This document shows, one piece after another, positions 41,998 through 52,177 of a stretch of 64,000 nt of DNA. The position numbers and the translations under genes are program-made. Each line of letters opens with the position of its first letter. Positions within the stretch are counted from its first letter, which is position 1. Below the pieces are notes generated by a model that was not told where the DNA came from, ran no database searches, and saw only the letters and a program-made list of their open reading frames with translations. Source of the DNA: an uncultured candidate division Zixibacteria bacterium (lineage in GTDB: Bacteria; Zixibacteria; MSB-5A5; UBA10806); assembly GCA_963817915.1 (NCBI GenBank), contig CAWFQL010000012.1:608001-672000 (forward strand), in the 5' to 3' direction.

Positions 41998-43313
41998 TTC
42001 GCAGAATTATTTTTTTTGTCCTGGCCGCGTTTTCAATTTCATCCGCGAGACGAGAGGCATTTGTCGTCAATAATCTCGCCGAGACGTTATCGAGAATAGA
42101 TCTCGAAGCAGGGACAGTACAAAATCATATTACCGTATTGGGACGGGTGCCGAATCAAGTGGCTTACCATAATGGATATCTATATGTGGTTAATTCTATA
42201 TCAGCCAATATTCAAAAGATAGATTCTCAAAGTTATAGCGTTGTCGCGACAATTTCATTACCAGTGGGATCGAATCCCTATAATATGACATTCGATAATA
42301 ATTATTGCTATGTGACCGGCTGGATATCGGGCGAAATATATCGAATCAATTTATCATCAGACCAGCTTGATGGCGAGATTACTATTGGCGGTTATCCTGA
42401 GGGAATTTTAGCGCTTGAAGATCATATATATGCCGCTCAAACAGCCTTCAATCCCAATGATTTCTCGTACGGGCAGGGGCAAATGGCGATTATAAATAGG
42501 GCAGGCTTTACATTGGAAGATGAAATCAACATTGGCAAAAATCCGCAATGGATTAATCCAGGTCCGGCAAACACATTGCATATTGTCTGCACAGGAAATT
42601 ATGCAGGCGTTCAAGGATCGATATACATTTATGACTTACTATCATCGACGATATCCGATTCAATTCTAATCGGCGGGCAGCCTGTTAATATGGCAATTTC
42701 CAGGGATAATATTGGCTACGTGGCCGCGGGCGGCTGGGTCGGCAATGGCGTGGTTTATTCTTACAACGCGGTTTCGCATTCAATTCTGCACGGCCCGGCG
42801 AACCCTATCAATGTCGGTATAGGAGTCGCGGCGGTTGCGGTAGATTCCGTCGGCTTTGCATATTCATGCAATATGTCGACCAGTACGGTATCCAAATTCG
42901 ATTCATCGGGTTCAATAATCTCGACATTCCAGATGGGGGACGGGCCCAATTCGATTGTAATACTTGATAATCCGCCGACATCAATCAGCGACAATTCGAA
43001 TCAAATTTTGCCCGTCGAATTTGGCCTGATCAATAATTATCCGAATCCATTCAATGCAGTTACCTCGATCGTCTACCATTTCCAAGCTCAAGGCGCAAAT
43101 AGCGCTAAGGTCGAGATATTCGATGTTTTGGGGCGAACAATAAAAATGATTGCCATTGCCAATTCCGGATCGAATGGAACAATCACATGGGATGGAACTG
43201 ACGAAAATGGTTTTTCTTGTGCCAGCGGTGTATATTTCGGGCGGCTTGTTATCGACAGCTCTGACGGGCTTTATTCCACCAATAATGTGATTCGAATGAC
43301 ACTGCTTAAGTAG
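41994..43313 (+). CDS. YncE/BtuG-like beta-propeller protein with T9SS-type C-terminal domain
   Basis: Repeats xGxxP..YV(V/T)N; Sec signal without a lipobox; NYPNPFN..IRMTLLK; coupled to btuB. Confidence 0.8.
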   Translation: MIRRIIFFVLAAFSISSARREAFVVNNLAETLSRIDLEAGTVQNHITVLGRVPNQVAYHNGYLYVVNSISANIQKIDSQSYSVVATISLPVGSNPYNMTFDNNYCYVTGWISGEIYRINLSSDQLDGEITIGGYPEGILALEDHIYAAQTAFNPNDFSYGQGQMAIINRAGFTLEDEINIGKNPQWINPGPANTLHIVCTGNYAGVQGSIYIYDLLSSTISDSILIGGQPVNMAISRDNIGYVAAGGWVGNGVVYSYNAVSHSILHGPANPINVGIGVAAVAVDSVGFAYSCNMSTSTVSKFDSSGSIISTFQMGDGPNSIVILDNPPTSISDNSNQILPVEFGLINNYPNPFNAVTSIVYHFQAQGANSAKVEIFDVLGRTIKMIAIANSGSNGTITWDGTDENGFSCASGVYFGRLVIDSSDGLYSTNNVIRMTLLK

Positions 43314-43570
43314 AAGGCGGCTTTTGCATGTCAGATGCGAGGGGGTTTGGTTGGCCGGCGTATCTTTTTGCGGCATAACGTATTAGAATTGCAATTGGAA
43401 GGATATGTTTCCCATGTTCAGTAGAATTTCGAAAAAAACGGAAACCGGAGCGAGGGAATTCCCGTTAGGCTTTTCAGACGGGCAGTGGACGAATTTAGGA
43501 TTAAACGGCAAAAATAAGAGTTGCGTATTTGTATTTGGTTCATATATTGATACGATTTTAGGAGGTTACT

Positions 43571-43795
43571 TTGAAGGAAGGCATTCACCCAAAATACTAC
43601 GAGACCAAGATCAAGTGCGCTTGTGGTAATGTGATTGAGACGAGATCTACGGTCAAAGATATCAGCGTAGAAATTTGTTCGAGCTGCCATCCGTATTTCA
43701 CGGGTAAGCAGAAATTGCTCGATACCGCCGGCCGCGTGGAGCGATTCCGCCGCAAATACGGCGATACATCGGGTATCCAGAAAAAGGACAAATAG
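43571..43795 (+). CDS. rpmE: 50S ribosomal protein L31 (zinc-binding type)
   Basis: [32 protein letters not shown]. Confidence 0.96.
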   Translation: MKEGIHPKYYETKIKCACGNVIETRSTVKDISVEICSSCHPYFTGKQKLLDTAGRVERFRRKYGDTSGIQKKDK

Positions 43796-43804
43796 GCATT
43801 TTAG

Positions 43805-43832
43805 ATCAGGCCTTAATTTGGCCTGATTTTTT
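43805..43832 (+). terminator. Terminator-like hairpin after rpmE
   Basis: ATCAGGCC-loop-GGCCTGAT followed by a T run. Confidence 0.65.
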
Positions 43833-43833
43833 A

Positions 43834-44841
43834 TTGGGGAGATTCTTATTGTATTATAGAATTGTATCATTTGTAGTTTATCCATTTCTATGGTTTTTAA
43901 ACTCTATAGATAAGAATGTAGGCGGTCAGGCCGTTATCGAAGGCGTGATGATGCGATCCCCCGAACGGGTAGCCACGTCGCTCCGTTTGCCTGACGGCAG
44001 AATTATCACCAGGACTGAGCCTTATATTTCACTGACAAAGAAGATTAAGATTTTGGGGAAACCGATAATACGCGGCATAATATCATTTTTCGAAATGCTT
44101 GTCCTCGGAATCAAGACGTTGAATTATTCCGCCGAGGTTGCCGCTCACGAGGGAGAAATTCCCGAAAAGGATTCCAAGGATTCGAAGTCCAGTAAAATGA
44201 GCATGGCGATTATTATTACCATGACAGTTTCGCTGGCAATCGGTATTGCGATTTTCTTTTTCCTGCCTATCCTTCTTACTCAAATTTTATCAATCAATAA
44301 AAAGGCTATCGGTTTTAATATTGTCGCCGGTTCGATCAGGCTTTTGATCTTCCTCGGCTATGTCTGGACTCTTTCGAAATTCAGGGAATTCCGCAGACTA
44401 TTCGAATATCATGGGGCAGAGCATAAATCCATATTCGCATTCGAGGCCGATCTTCCGTTAGTTCCGGATTCTACACGATCATTTAAGACATTTCATCCGA
44501 GATGCGGAACAAGTTTCGTATTGATAGTCGCAATGCTGGCCATACTCACTTATTCGATTTCAGATACGCTTTTTGTCGTGGTTTTCGGCCATGCCCAGGG
44601 TGTCTTTGAACGGTTTGGCACGCATCTGGCATTCCTTCCTTTGATCGCCGGATTGTCATTTGAATTGCTAAAACTTTCAGGGAAGACACGAAATAGCGCA
44701 ATTACCAAGTTTTTAATCGCCCCCGGTCTATGGCTTCAGCATATCACAACCAAAGAGCCCTCCGATGATCAGATCGATGTGGCAATAACTGCCCTGAAAA
44801 GCGCCATAAATAGTACATCGGTTTCTCCAAACACCCTTTAG
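43834..44841 (+). CDS. DUF1385 membrane protein
   Basis: GGQAVIEGVMM, YHGAEHK, HPRCGTSF, LQHITTKEP; typical rpmE-prfA context. Confidence 0.92.
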   Translation: MGRFLLYYRIVSFVVYPFLWFLNSIDKNVGGQAVIEGVMMRSPERVATSLRLPDGRIITRTEPYISLTKKIKILGKPIIRGIISFFEMLVLGIKTLNYSAEVAAHEGEIPEKDSKDSKSSKMSMAIIITMTVSLAIGIAIFFFLPILLTQILSINKKAIGFNIVAGSIRLLIFLGYVWTLSKFREFRRLFEYHGAEHKSIFAFEADLPLVPDSTRSFKTFHPRCGTSFVLIVAMLAILTYSISDTLFVVVFGHAQGVFERFGTHLAFLPLIAGLSFELLKLSGKTRNSAITKFLIAPGLWLQHITTKEPSDDQIDVAITALKSAINSTSVSPNTL

Positions 44842-44865
44842 ATACTTCCAAGATAAAATTATAAT

Positions 44866-45945
44866 ATGCAATCAGATCTAATTAAAATCTTAGAGCCGGT
44901 CGAAAAACGATTTGCCGAGCTTACCGACCAATTGGGCGATCCGAAGGTAATTTCTGATCAAAAGCTATATCGTTCGCTTGCCAAGGAACATTCCGACCTG
45001 AAGACTGTCATGGAAAAAGGTAAGGAGTACCGGCAGGTAGTAAAGCAGCTCGAAGATAATCATGAACTGCTTGGTTCCGCCGAAGACCCTGAAATGATGG
45101 AATTGGCCAAGGCCGAATCGCAGGAGCTGGAAGGTCGATTGACAAAACTGAGTTCAGAACTCGAACTTCTTCTTATCCCCAAGGACCCTGAAGATGATAA
45201 GGGCGTCATAATCGAAATACGCGCTGGCACCGGCGGGGAAGAAGCGGCCCTTTTCGCGGCGGATCTTTTCAGAATGTATTCGCGCTATATCGAACGAAAA
45301 GGCTGGAAGATCGATATCATGAATACCCATGATACCGGTATTGGCGGCCTGAAGGAAATAATTTTTGCGGTCGAGGGTACTGGTGTCTACGGATTGCTGA
45401 AAATGGAATCGGGCGTTCATCGAGTTCAGAGAGTGCCGAGGACCGAAGCGTCCGGTCGTATTCACACATCGGCGGCCAGTGTAGCTGTGCTTCCTGAGGC
45501 AGAGGATGTTGATATTCATATCGAGGCTAATGAATTGAAAATCGATGTCTATCGTTCATCGGGTCCGGGCGGCCAGTCCGTGAATACCACCGATTCCGCT
45601 GTAAGAATTACCCATATTCCTACCGGAACAGTTGTCACCTGTCAGGATGAAAAATCGCAATTGAAAAATAAAAATAAAGCGATGAAAGTCCTCAGGGCTC
45701 GTCTGCTCGACAGGGCAATTCAAGAGCAACAGGCTAATATTGCCCGACAGAGAAAAACCCAGGTAGGGTCGGGAGATCGCTCCGAAAAAATTAAGACATA
45801 TAATTTCCCTCAGAACAGAATTACGGATCATAGGTTTGGCTTGACACTATATAACCTTGAAGATATTCTTAACGGTGATCTCGATGAGATCATTGGAGAG
45901 GCAAAAAAATCGGCCCACGATATGCAATTGAAAGGAATGCAATGA
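44866..45945 (+). CDS. prfA: Peptide chain release factor 1
   Basis: GGQ motif (GPGGQSVN), RF1 PxT motif (VPRTE), ESGVHRVQR. Confidence 0.97.
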   Translation: MQSDLIKILEPVEKRFAELTDQLGDPKVISDQKLYRSLAKEHSDLKTVMEKGKEYRQVVKQLEDNHELLGSAEDPEMMELAKAESQELEGRLTKLSSELELLLIPKDPEDDKGVIIEIRAGTGGEEAALFAADLFRMYSRYIERKGWKIDIMNTHDTGIGGLKEIIFAVEGTGVYGLLKMESGVHRVQRVPRTEASGRIHTSAASVAVLPEAEDVDIHIEANELKIDVYRSSGPGGQSVNTTDSAVRITHIPTGTVVTCQDEKSQLKNKNKAMKVLRARLLDRAIQEQQANIARQRKTQVGSGDRSEKIKTYNFPQNRITDHRFGLTLYNLEDILNGDLDEIIGEAKKSAHDMQLKGMQ

Positions 45946-46754
45946 AGTTAATAATTCGTTACGCGGCGGCATTCATCCTTACTATCCTGATGCTCGCCAT
46001 AGCCAGAAAAACATCAACGAGGCATGCGGTTGAATTCAATACCGCCATCGAAGGCGTCAGTTTTAGCCATAATACGACAACTGAAAGCTTTGGCGAATCT
46101 CCAGTGCTTACCGTTAAGGCATCCGACACTAATAATATTACGGCAATGGTTTATTTCTCCAATAAGGCTGGCGGGCCGTATGAATCATTGGTCATGAATC
46201 CCGGTCCCGATGGTTTTTCCTGCGAGCTTCCTGTGCTCCCCAAAGGGCAGAAATGGTTTTATCATATAAATATTTCAAGGAATGGCGTGCCGTTGGCAGT
46301 ATTCCCCGCAAAAGATGATCAATTCATAAAATTCAAGGGCCATGTATCGCCATTGGTAATTTATCCTCATATTTTCTTCATGTTTGCCACTATCTTTACC
46401 GGATTGATTACCGTATTCCTGGCATTCGAGGCATTAAAGAATAAGGAATATATAATAAAATCAGTGAAGTATCTTATGTGGACGGTGATATTTGTTTTTA
46501 TCGGCGGAATCCCATTAGGGTATCTTGTCGCTTATCAGACATTCGGCCAGGGTTGGGGAGGTATCCCGATCGGATGGGATATCACTGACAATAAAACATT
46601 GATAATTCTATTTTTCTGGCTTATCACTTTCTTGCTGTCGTTAAAGGGCTTGAAAGGCGGGGATTTGAAAATATCCAGAAGCCTATATTTTGCTCTGGTA
46701 ATTCTAAGCTTCGTGGTCACCTTCATTTCTTACATGATACCTCATTCAATCTGA
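45942..46754 (+). CDS. Hypothetical membrane protein (N-terminal TM, soluble Ig-like region, 4 C-terminal TMs)
   Basis: Translationally coupled ORF; motifs [28 protein letters not shown]. Confidence 0.75.
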   Translation: MKLIIRYAAAFILTILMLAIARKTSTRHAVEFNTAIEGVSFSHNTTTESFGESPVLTVKASDTNNITAMVYFSNKAGGPYESLVMNPGPDGFSCELPVLPKGQKWFYHINISRNGVPLAVFPAKDDQFIKFKGHVSPLVIYPHIFFMFATIFTGLITVFLAFEALKNKEYIIKSVKYLMWTVIFVFIGGIPLGYLVAYQTFGQGWGGIPIGWDITDNKTLIILFFWLITFLLSLKGLKGGDLKISRSLYFALVILSFVVTFISYMIPHSI

Positions 46755-46755
46755 T

Positions 46756-48204
46756 ATGGCAGATATAGAAAAAATCGCGTCGATTGCGATAGACAAGGCC
46801 GTGTCGTCAGGTGCAACCTATGCGGATTGCCGCTATGTAGAGACCCTGACTGAATCCCTATCATATACCGATGGCGCCCCGGATGCTGTCAGCAACGCAA
46901 GTGACCGGGGAATAGGCGTCAGAGTCGTTGCCAATGGAGCCTGGGGATTCTTCGGTACATCCACGATCAATGAAAAAGAGGCTCGCAGAGCGGCCGAAAT
47001 CGCGGTTAATATTGCCAAGGCATCCGCGATTGTGAACAATTCTCCCGTCGCTTTAGCTCCGACCGAGGCCTACAATGATAATTACAAGAGCAATTTTAAA
47101 ATCGATCCCTTTACAATTTCGTTAAAAGAGAAATTAGCATTTCTTTCGGGGCTCGATGGCTTAATGACGCAGAATTCGCAAATCAATTCGCGAAGCGCCG
47201 ACCTCGATTTCAGAAAGATCAATTCGTATTTCGCATCAAATATCGGATCGAAAATAAATCAGACTATAATTCACTCCGGCGCCGGTATCGCCCTCGGAGT
47301 GAGAAAATCGATGAGGGAACGATCCAGTCGCAGTTACCCTCAGAATGGCGGCCAATTTGAGGCATGCGGCTACGAGCTTTTGGATCAATATAATTTTGCG
47401 GCTGAAATTCCGAAGCTGTCTGAAGAAGCTATCGCGTTAATGGCCGCGCCTGATTGTCCATCGAGCAATACCATGCTGCTTCTCGAAGGTTCAGTGGTCG
47501 GATTGGTGATACACGAGCTGATTGGCCACCCGCTCGAACTGGACAGGGTGTTCGGTTCGGAGAGAAATTTCTCAGGTACAAGTTTCGCCACAACAGATCA
47601 ATTGGATAAATTGCAATATGGTTCGCCGCTTATCAATGTTGTCGCGGACCCGACTCATTCCTATGGCCTGGGATCATTTGGATATGATGATGAAGGCATC
47701 AAGTCTTATAAGGCGGATTTGATCAAAGGCGGTTTGCTGGTTGGCTATCTGTCATCGAGAGAAACTGCCGCCAGAATCAATCGCAAATCAACCGCCGCCG
47801 CTAGAGCCGATGGTTGGGGAAATATCCCGCTCGTCCGAATGACCAATACCTGTCTTATGCCGGGCGACAAGTCTTTCGATGATTTGCTATCGGCAGTACA
47901 GGATGGCATCTATATGTCAACAATTTCGTCATGGTCGCCTTCGGATGATCGTTCCAGTTTTGAATTCGGATGCGAAATTGCCTGGGAGATCAAGGGCGGA
48001 AAGCTTGGGCAGGTTTTCAAAAATCCAACGTTTTCAGGTAAGACCGTCGATTTCTGGAATTCGGTTGTCGAGATTGGAAATGAAAGCCTCTGGAAAATCT
48101 GGGGTACTCCCAATTGCGGCAAGGGCCAGCCCGGCCAGAATGCCCGCACGGGTCAGGGAGCCTCGCCGATACTTTTGAATAATATCAAGGTTGGTCGTTC
48201 ATGA
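46756..48204 (+). CDS. tldD: TldD metalloprotease subunit
   Basis: GIGVRV..GAWGF, HELIGHPLELDR (HExxxH), YDDEG, RMTN, CGKGQP. Confidence 0.92.
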   Translation: MADIEKIASIAIDKAVSSGATYADCRYVETLTESLSYTDGAPDAVSNASDRGIGVRVVANGAWGFFGTSTINEKEARRAAEIAVNIAKASAIVNNSPVALAPTEAYNDNYKSNFKIDPFTISLKEKLAFLSGLDGLMTQNSQINSRSADLDFRKINSYFASNIGSKINQTIIHSGAGIALGVRKSMRERSSRSYPQNGGQFEACGYELLDQYNFAAEIPKLSEEAIALMAAPDCPSSNTMLLLEGSVVGLVIHELIGHPLELDRVFGSERNFSGTSFATTDQLDKLQYGSPLINVVADPTHSYGLGSFGYDDEGIKSYKADLIKGGLLVGYLSSRETAARINRKSTAAARADGWGNIPLVRMTNTCLMPGDKSFDDLLSAVQDGIYMSTISSWSPSDDRSSFEFGCEIAWEIKGGKLGQVFKNPTFSGKTVDFWNSVVEIGNESLWKIWGTPNCGKGQPGQNARTGQGASPILLNNIKVGRS

Positions 48205-49529
48205 TAGATAAAAAAATCATAGATGAATTCAAGGCCGCGCTGAAGTCATCAGCGGCGGAGCAGACTGAGTTGGTAGCGGAATCTCAGGAATTTTATTTAA
48301 CCCGATTCGCCGAAAATATCATTCATCAAAATATGGGGCGCTCGGATTCCACGGTCTGGTGCCGTTCGGTCTATGGCAAAAAGATCGGCGTGGCAAGGTC
48401 CAATGATACTTCCGCTGAGGGGCTTATAGGGCTGATCAAGGCATCGTCGGAGATCGCCCAGAGCCAGAATGACGATCCCAATTTAACATCATTTGTTAAA
48501 GCTGCGACAGTTAAAGAATCGGTAGGCAATTATAAAAAGACGCTTGAATTTCCGCCATCGGATAGAGCTTCGGCCATCAAGGAAATTGTAAACCGCGCTA
48601 AAACCAAAAATCTTATTTGCGCGGGCACCTACGAATCATCGGGCACAGCTTTGGCCGTGACCAATTCGCTGGGAACCGAGCAATTCGGCAAGAATACTCA
48701 ATATAAATTTTCTATCACAGCCGCGGCGCCTAATGGCCGTTCGGGGTGGGCGCAGGCCGCTGGCCGTGATATCAGTAAATTCGATTCTATTGCTATCGCG
48801 CAAATGGCTATCGATAAAGCCGCGTTTCCCGGCGAGCCGGCGACAATTCCGACCGGGCAATACACCGTGATTCTTGAGCCTGACGCTGTCGCCAATTTCT
48901 TGCTGTTTCTGGCGTTCCTGGGTTTCGGCGGAAAAACACTGGCCTCGGGTCGAAGCTTTATGAGCAATAAGATCGGCCAGAAAATTATGGGCGACAATGT
49001 TACTATATCCGAAGATCCCGCTAATCCATTAATGGAATACATGCCGTTCGATTATGAAGGTGTTCCGCGGAAAAAGGTCGTGATGGTCGAAAACGGAATC
49101 GCCCGGGCGGGAGTCTATAATAGCTACTACGCCAATCAGGCCAAGACCGAATCCACCGGCAACGCTCTCGAACCGGATAATAATTACGGTCCATATCCGA
49201 AATCAATGGTGCTTTCCGGCGGCAATACTTCAGTAGAAGATATGATCAAATCAACGCAATCTGGTATTTATGTTACTCGTTTTTGGTATTTGAATTTTCT
49301 CAATCCGATGAAGACAATGGTAACTGGCTACACTCGTGACGGAACCTTCCTTATCGAAAATGGCAAAATCACAAAACCGGTTGTCGACATGCGGGTACAG
49401 CAATCGATGTTGGAAGCGTTTTCCAACGCCGAAATGATTTCGTCCGAGCAAAGATTGATTCCCCAATACGGCGCTATGATGCTGGTGCCATTCATGAAAA
49501 TAGCGAATTTCAACCTTAGCTCGACATGA
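48201..49529 (+). CDS. pmbA: TldE/PmbA partner subunit
   Basis: TRFAEN.IHQN, YTVILEP.AV, PFDYEG, TGYTRDG; no HExxH; follows tldD. Confidence 0.88.
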   Translation: MIDKKIIDEFKAALKSSAAEQTELVAESQEFYLTRFAENIIHQNMGRSDSTVWCRSVYGKKIGVARSNDTSAEGLIGLIKASSEIAQSQNDDPNLTSFVKAATVKESVGNYKKTLEFPPSDRASAIKEIVNRAKTKNLICAGTYESSGTALAVTNSLGTEQFGKNTQYKFSITAAAPNGRSGWAQAAGRDISKFDSIAIAQMAIDKAAFPGEPATIPTGQYTVILEPDAVANFLLFLAFLGFGGKTLASGRSFMSNKIGQKIMGDNVTISEDPANPLMEYMPFDYEGVPRKKVVMVENGIARAGVYNSYYANQAKTESTGNALEPDNNYGPYPKSMVLSGGNTSVEDMIKSTQSGIYVTRFWYLNFLNPMKTMVTGYTRDGTFLIENGKITKPVVDMRVQQSMLEAFSNAEMISSEQRLIPQYGAMMLVPFMKIANFNLSST

Positions 49530-50155
49530 TTTCCAAATTATCATTGTCAATTTTTATGGCAATTTCACTTTTTTCTTATTCCAATTGTAAGGCCAACAAT
49601 GGTTTTTCAATTGACGCGAGTTTCGATTATTATCCGGTGGCGAAATTGAGCTACATAAACAGCAATATCGGATCGTATGAATATTACGACAATATGACCT
49701 ATGGGCTTGGAGTCAATTATCATTTTGCCAGCGGTTTCGGGATTGGCGCCTCTTACGATATCTACAGGAAAGAGCTTTCTGATTACGGCAATTCTCATTC
49801 GCGGCTATCGATAAATGGAGTTACATTTTCGGGCGACTATGGCTATGAGATTACAGAATCCGGAAATCTGCTCTTGATGGCAGGTATTGAAATGGGCCTG
49901 GATCGTTTTACCGACCAAAATGACGTATGGAATCGTTCAAAAAACGCTTTTAATATCGGGGGCCTCGGAGGACTGAGATATTTTATTAAGAACAAAGTCT
50001 ACGCGGATTTCGATGTAGTGTATCGATGGAATGAATACTCTATTAAATCCAATCCGAAAATGAAATATCAATATTCGGGCACAGTTTTGAAATTATCAAT
50101 TGGCTGGCTGCTATTTTCAAGAGAAAGTAAAATATTGGGAGATATTAACAAATGA
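49526..50155 (+). CDS. Putative outer-membrane beta-barrel protein
   Basis: Signal peptide; alternating Gly/aromatic strands (YGLGVNYHF, GGLGGLRYF). Confidence 0.7.
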   Translation: MISKLSLSIFMAISLFSYSNCKANNGFSIDASFDYYPVAKLSYINSNIGSYEYYDNMTYGLGVNYHFASGFGIGASYDIYRKELSDYGNSHSRLSINGVTFSGDYGYEITESGNLLLMAGIEMGLDRFTDQNDVWNRSKNAFNIGGLGGLRYFIKNKVYADFDVVYRWNEYSIKSNPKMKYQYSGTVLKLSIGWLLFSRESKILGDINK

Positions 50156-50373
50156 ATCGACGTGATTTTTTTGGAAGATTTGCCCAGGTCGCCGCGGTTC
50201 TGTATGCAGGAAGTATGGTGGCGAAGGCCGATAATCTGGCAAATTTTAATGATGAAATGCCGCGATCGCCGCTGGGATTCGATCATCGCATGGCGGGCGG
50301 AGCCTGCAGTGATTTCCGCATGATGGAAAAGGGGCCATCGGTCAAATGGGAGCGGGAGATTTTCGGGGCCTGA
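50152..50373 (+). CDS. 73-aa protein with twin-arginine signal peptide
   Basis: MNRRDFF + hydrophobic core + AKA cleavage site. Overlaps the upstream stop and ends 1 nt before prmC. Confidence 0.7.
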   Translation: MNRRDFFGRFAQVAAVLYAGSMVAKADNLANFNDEMPRSPLGFDHRMAGGACSDFRMMEKGPSVKWEREIFGA

Positions 50374-50374
50374 T

Positions 50375-51238
50375 TTGGTAAGTCGCCTTGGCGAGCTCTT
50401 GAAATGGGGCAAGGCAACCCTGAAATCCGCCGGAATCAGTGATAATGAAATTTCGGCCACGCTTCTGCTGCAATCTATATTAAATAAATCCCGACATCAA
50501 ATCCTGCTCGATCAAAATCTATCTATTAATCAAAACAATATAGAAAAATATAAAGACCTGATTCAGAAAAGGTCTCGGCATGTTCCGCTACAGCATTTGA
50601 TTGGCGAAGTTGAATTTTATAATATCAAACTTAAATGCGATAATAGGGCATTGATCCCCCGACCGGAAACCGAGATACTTGTCGAGACCATAATCGAGAA
50701 ATTACGCAATGAAAAATCACCTTCAATTCTCGATATAGGTACCGGATCCGGCAATATCGCCATCGCCCTGGCATACAACCTAAGCAACGCGAGGATCACA
50801 GCGATCGATATAAGCCAGGATGCCCTTGATCTGGCCATATCAAATGCCCAATTGAATGGTGTCGAGGATAAAGTAACTTTCGCCAATATCGATATTTTCA
50901 ATTCCGATTCACGGAATAATATCAGCCAATTTGATTGCGTGGTTTCCAATCCGCCCTATGTGGATAGCGCTGATAAATCATCACTCCAGCCGGAAGTCCG
51001 GGATTTCGAACCGGATGTTGCTCTTTATAGCCCCGGGGATCCTTTGCGCTTTTTTAAAGACATCATTAGCAATATTACCATGATCCTTAAGCCGGGCGGC
51101 CTGCTGGCTTTCGAGACTGGCAAGGGCCAGGCCGAATCAATTAGAGAGCTAATGAAGCCTGTGTTTCGAGATATAAGTATCGTAAAGGATTTGGCAGGGA
51201 TAGATAGGGTGGTTTACGGCATATACGGATTGTTGTAA
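50375..51238 (+). CDS. prmC: Release factor glutamine methyltransferase
   Basis: ALIPRPETE, LDIGTGSG, SNPPY, KDLAGIDR. Confidence 0.95.
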   Translation: MVSRLGELLKWGKATLKSAGISDNEISATLLLQSILNKSRHQILLDQNLSINQNNIEKYKDLIQKRSRHVPLQHLIGEVEFYNIKLKCDNRALIPRPETEILVETIIEKLRNEKSPSILDIGTGSGNIAIALAYNLSNARITAIDISQDALDLAISNAQLNGVEDKVTFANIDIFNSDSRNNISQFDCVVSNPPYVDSADKSSLQPEVRDFEPDVALYSPGDPLRFFKDIISNITMILKPGGLLAFETGKGQAESIRELMKPVFRDISIVKDLAGIDRVVYGIYGLL

Positions 51239-51313
51239 AATTTAGACATTTAAAAAGAATTGGTTTCAAGCATCCGCTTGACTCGTGCCAGCCGCTGTTT
51301 ATATAATTATCAT

Positions 51314-52177
51314 ATGTATTCTACCATTCATTATAGATTACGCTTTTTTCTGATTAATGCGTTGTTGATTATATTGGCATTGTTTTGTCTTTATCCGGTT
51401 TTAGCGATGGCTCAATCAGATTCTCTCAAATCCAGTCAGCCGCAAGGTATCGTATGCCCCAAATGCGGTACATTAAATCCATCGAATGCGAAATTTTGCT
51501 TACAGTGCGGCGCCAGCCTGATTTCAAGGCCGGGCTCCTATGATGATCCTAATCGCAGCCGATTTATAATCTTGCCAACCGGCGAATTAATTCCCAAGGG
51601 GACTCAGTATTTTGCCAATTATGAACTGTTTTTTGTCCAGTATGGTTACGCTCCGCTGAATCGGCTGCAGATCGGAGTGGGAATGACCATATTTCCGTTT
51701 GGTGGTTTTGAAAATCAACTATTTACCGGCGGATTCAAGATAGCGTTGTATCGTTCGAATACCTACGGCTTTAATCTTGCCACTGGGGCGAATATCATTC
51801 TTTGGAAGGAATGGTTATTCGACGAAGATTCCGATCCATATACCCTTAACACTTTCTACATCTCGGGCGATATTCATACGGAGAAAATAGTCTTTGGCGC
51901 TGTGCTCAATGGCACCATGGTGGGGGGCACGAAAAATGGCGAACGAGCGCTCTGGGGCGGCCTGGGATTTTCTGGCAAATTGTCAAACAGGGTACAATTC
52001 ATTTCGGAAATATTGGGGGCGGATTTTTTTAATGAAATAGATAATTCGGTTGTCACATATGGATTTAGAGTTCATGGCGAGAGAATATCGGGCGAGCTTG
52101 CGTTCCTTAGACCAATGCAGACGACGGGAAAAATGTTTCTGGGTGCGCCATTGCTTAATATCACAATCTATTTCTAA
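51314..52177 (+). CDS. Exported protein with zinc-ribbon domain and probable beta-barrel
   Basis: Signal-like N-terminus, CPKCG..AKFCLQCG, beta-rich remainder ending ITIYF. Confidence 0.7.
   Translation: MYSTIHYRLRFFLINALLIILALFCLYPVLAMAQSDSLKSSQPQGIVCPKCGTLNPSNAKFCLQCGASLISRPGSYDDPNRSRFIILPTGELIPKGTQYFANYELFFVQYGYAPLNRLQIGVGMTIFPFGGFENQLFTGGFKIALYRSNTYGFNLATGANIILWKEWLFDEDSDPYTLNTFYISGDIHTEKIVFGAVLNGTMVGGTKNGERALWGGLGFSGKLSNRVQFISEILGADFFNEIDNSVVTYGFRVHGERISGELAFLRPMQTTGKMFLGAPLLNITIYF

Noticed and set aside
43314..43570. Structured leader upstream of rpmE
   Set aside because: No convincing long stem or known motif by eye, and a sigma-70-like promoter lies close to the gene.
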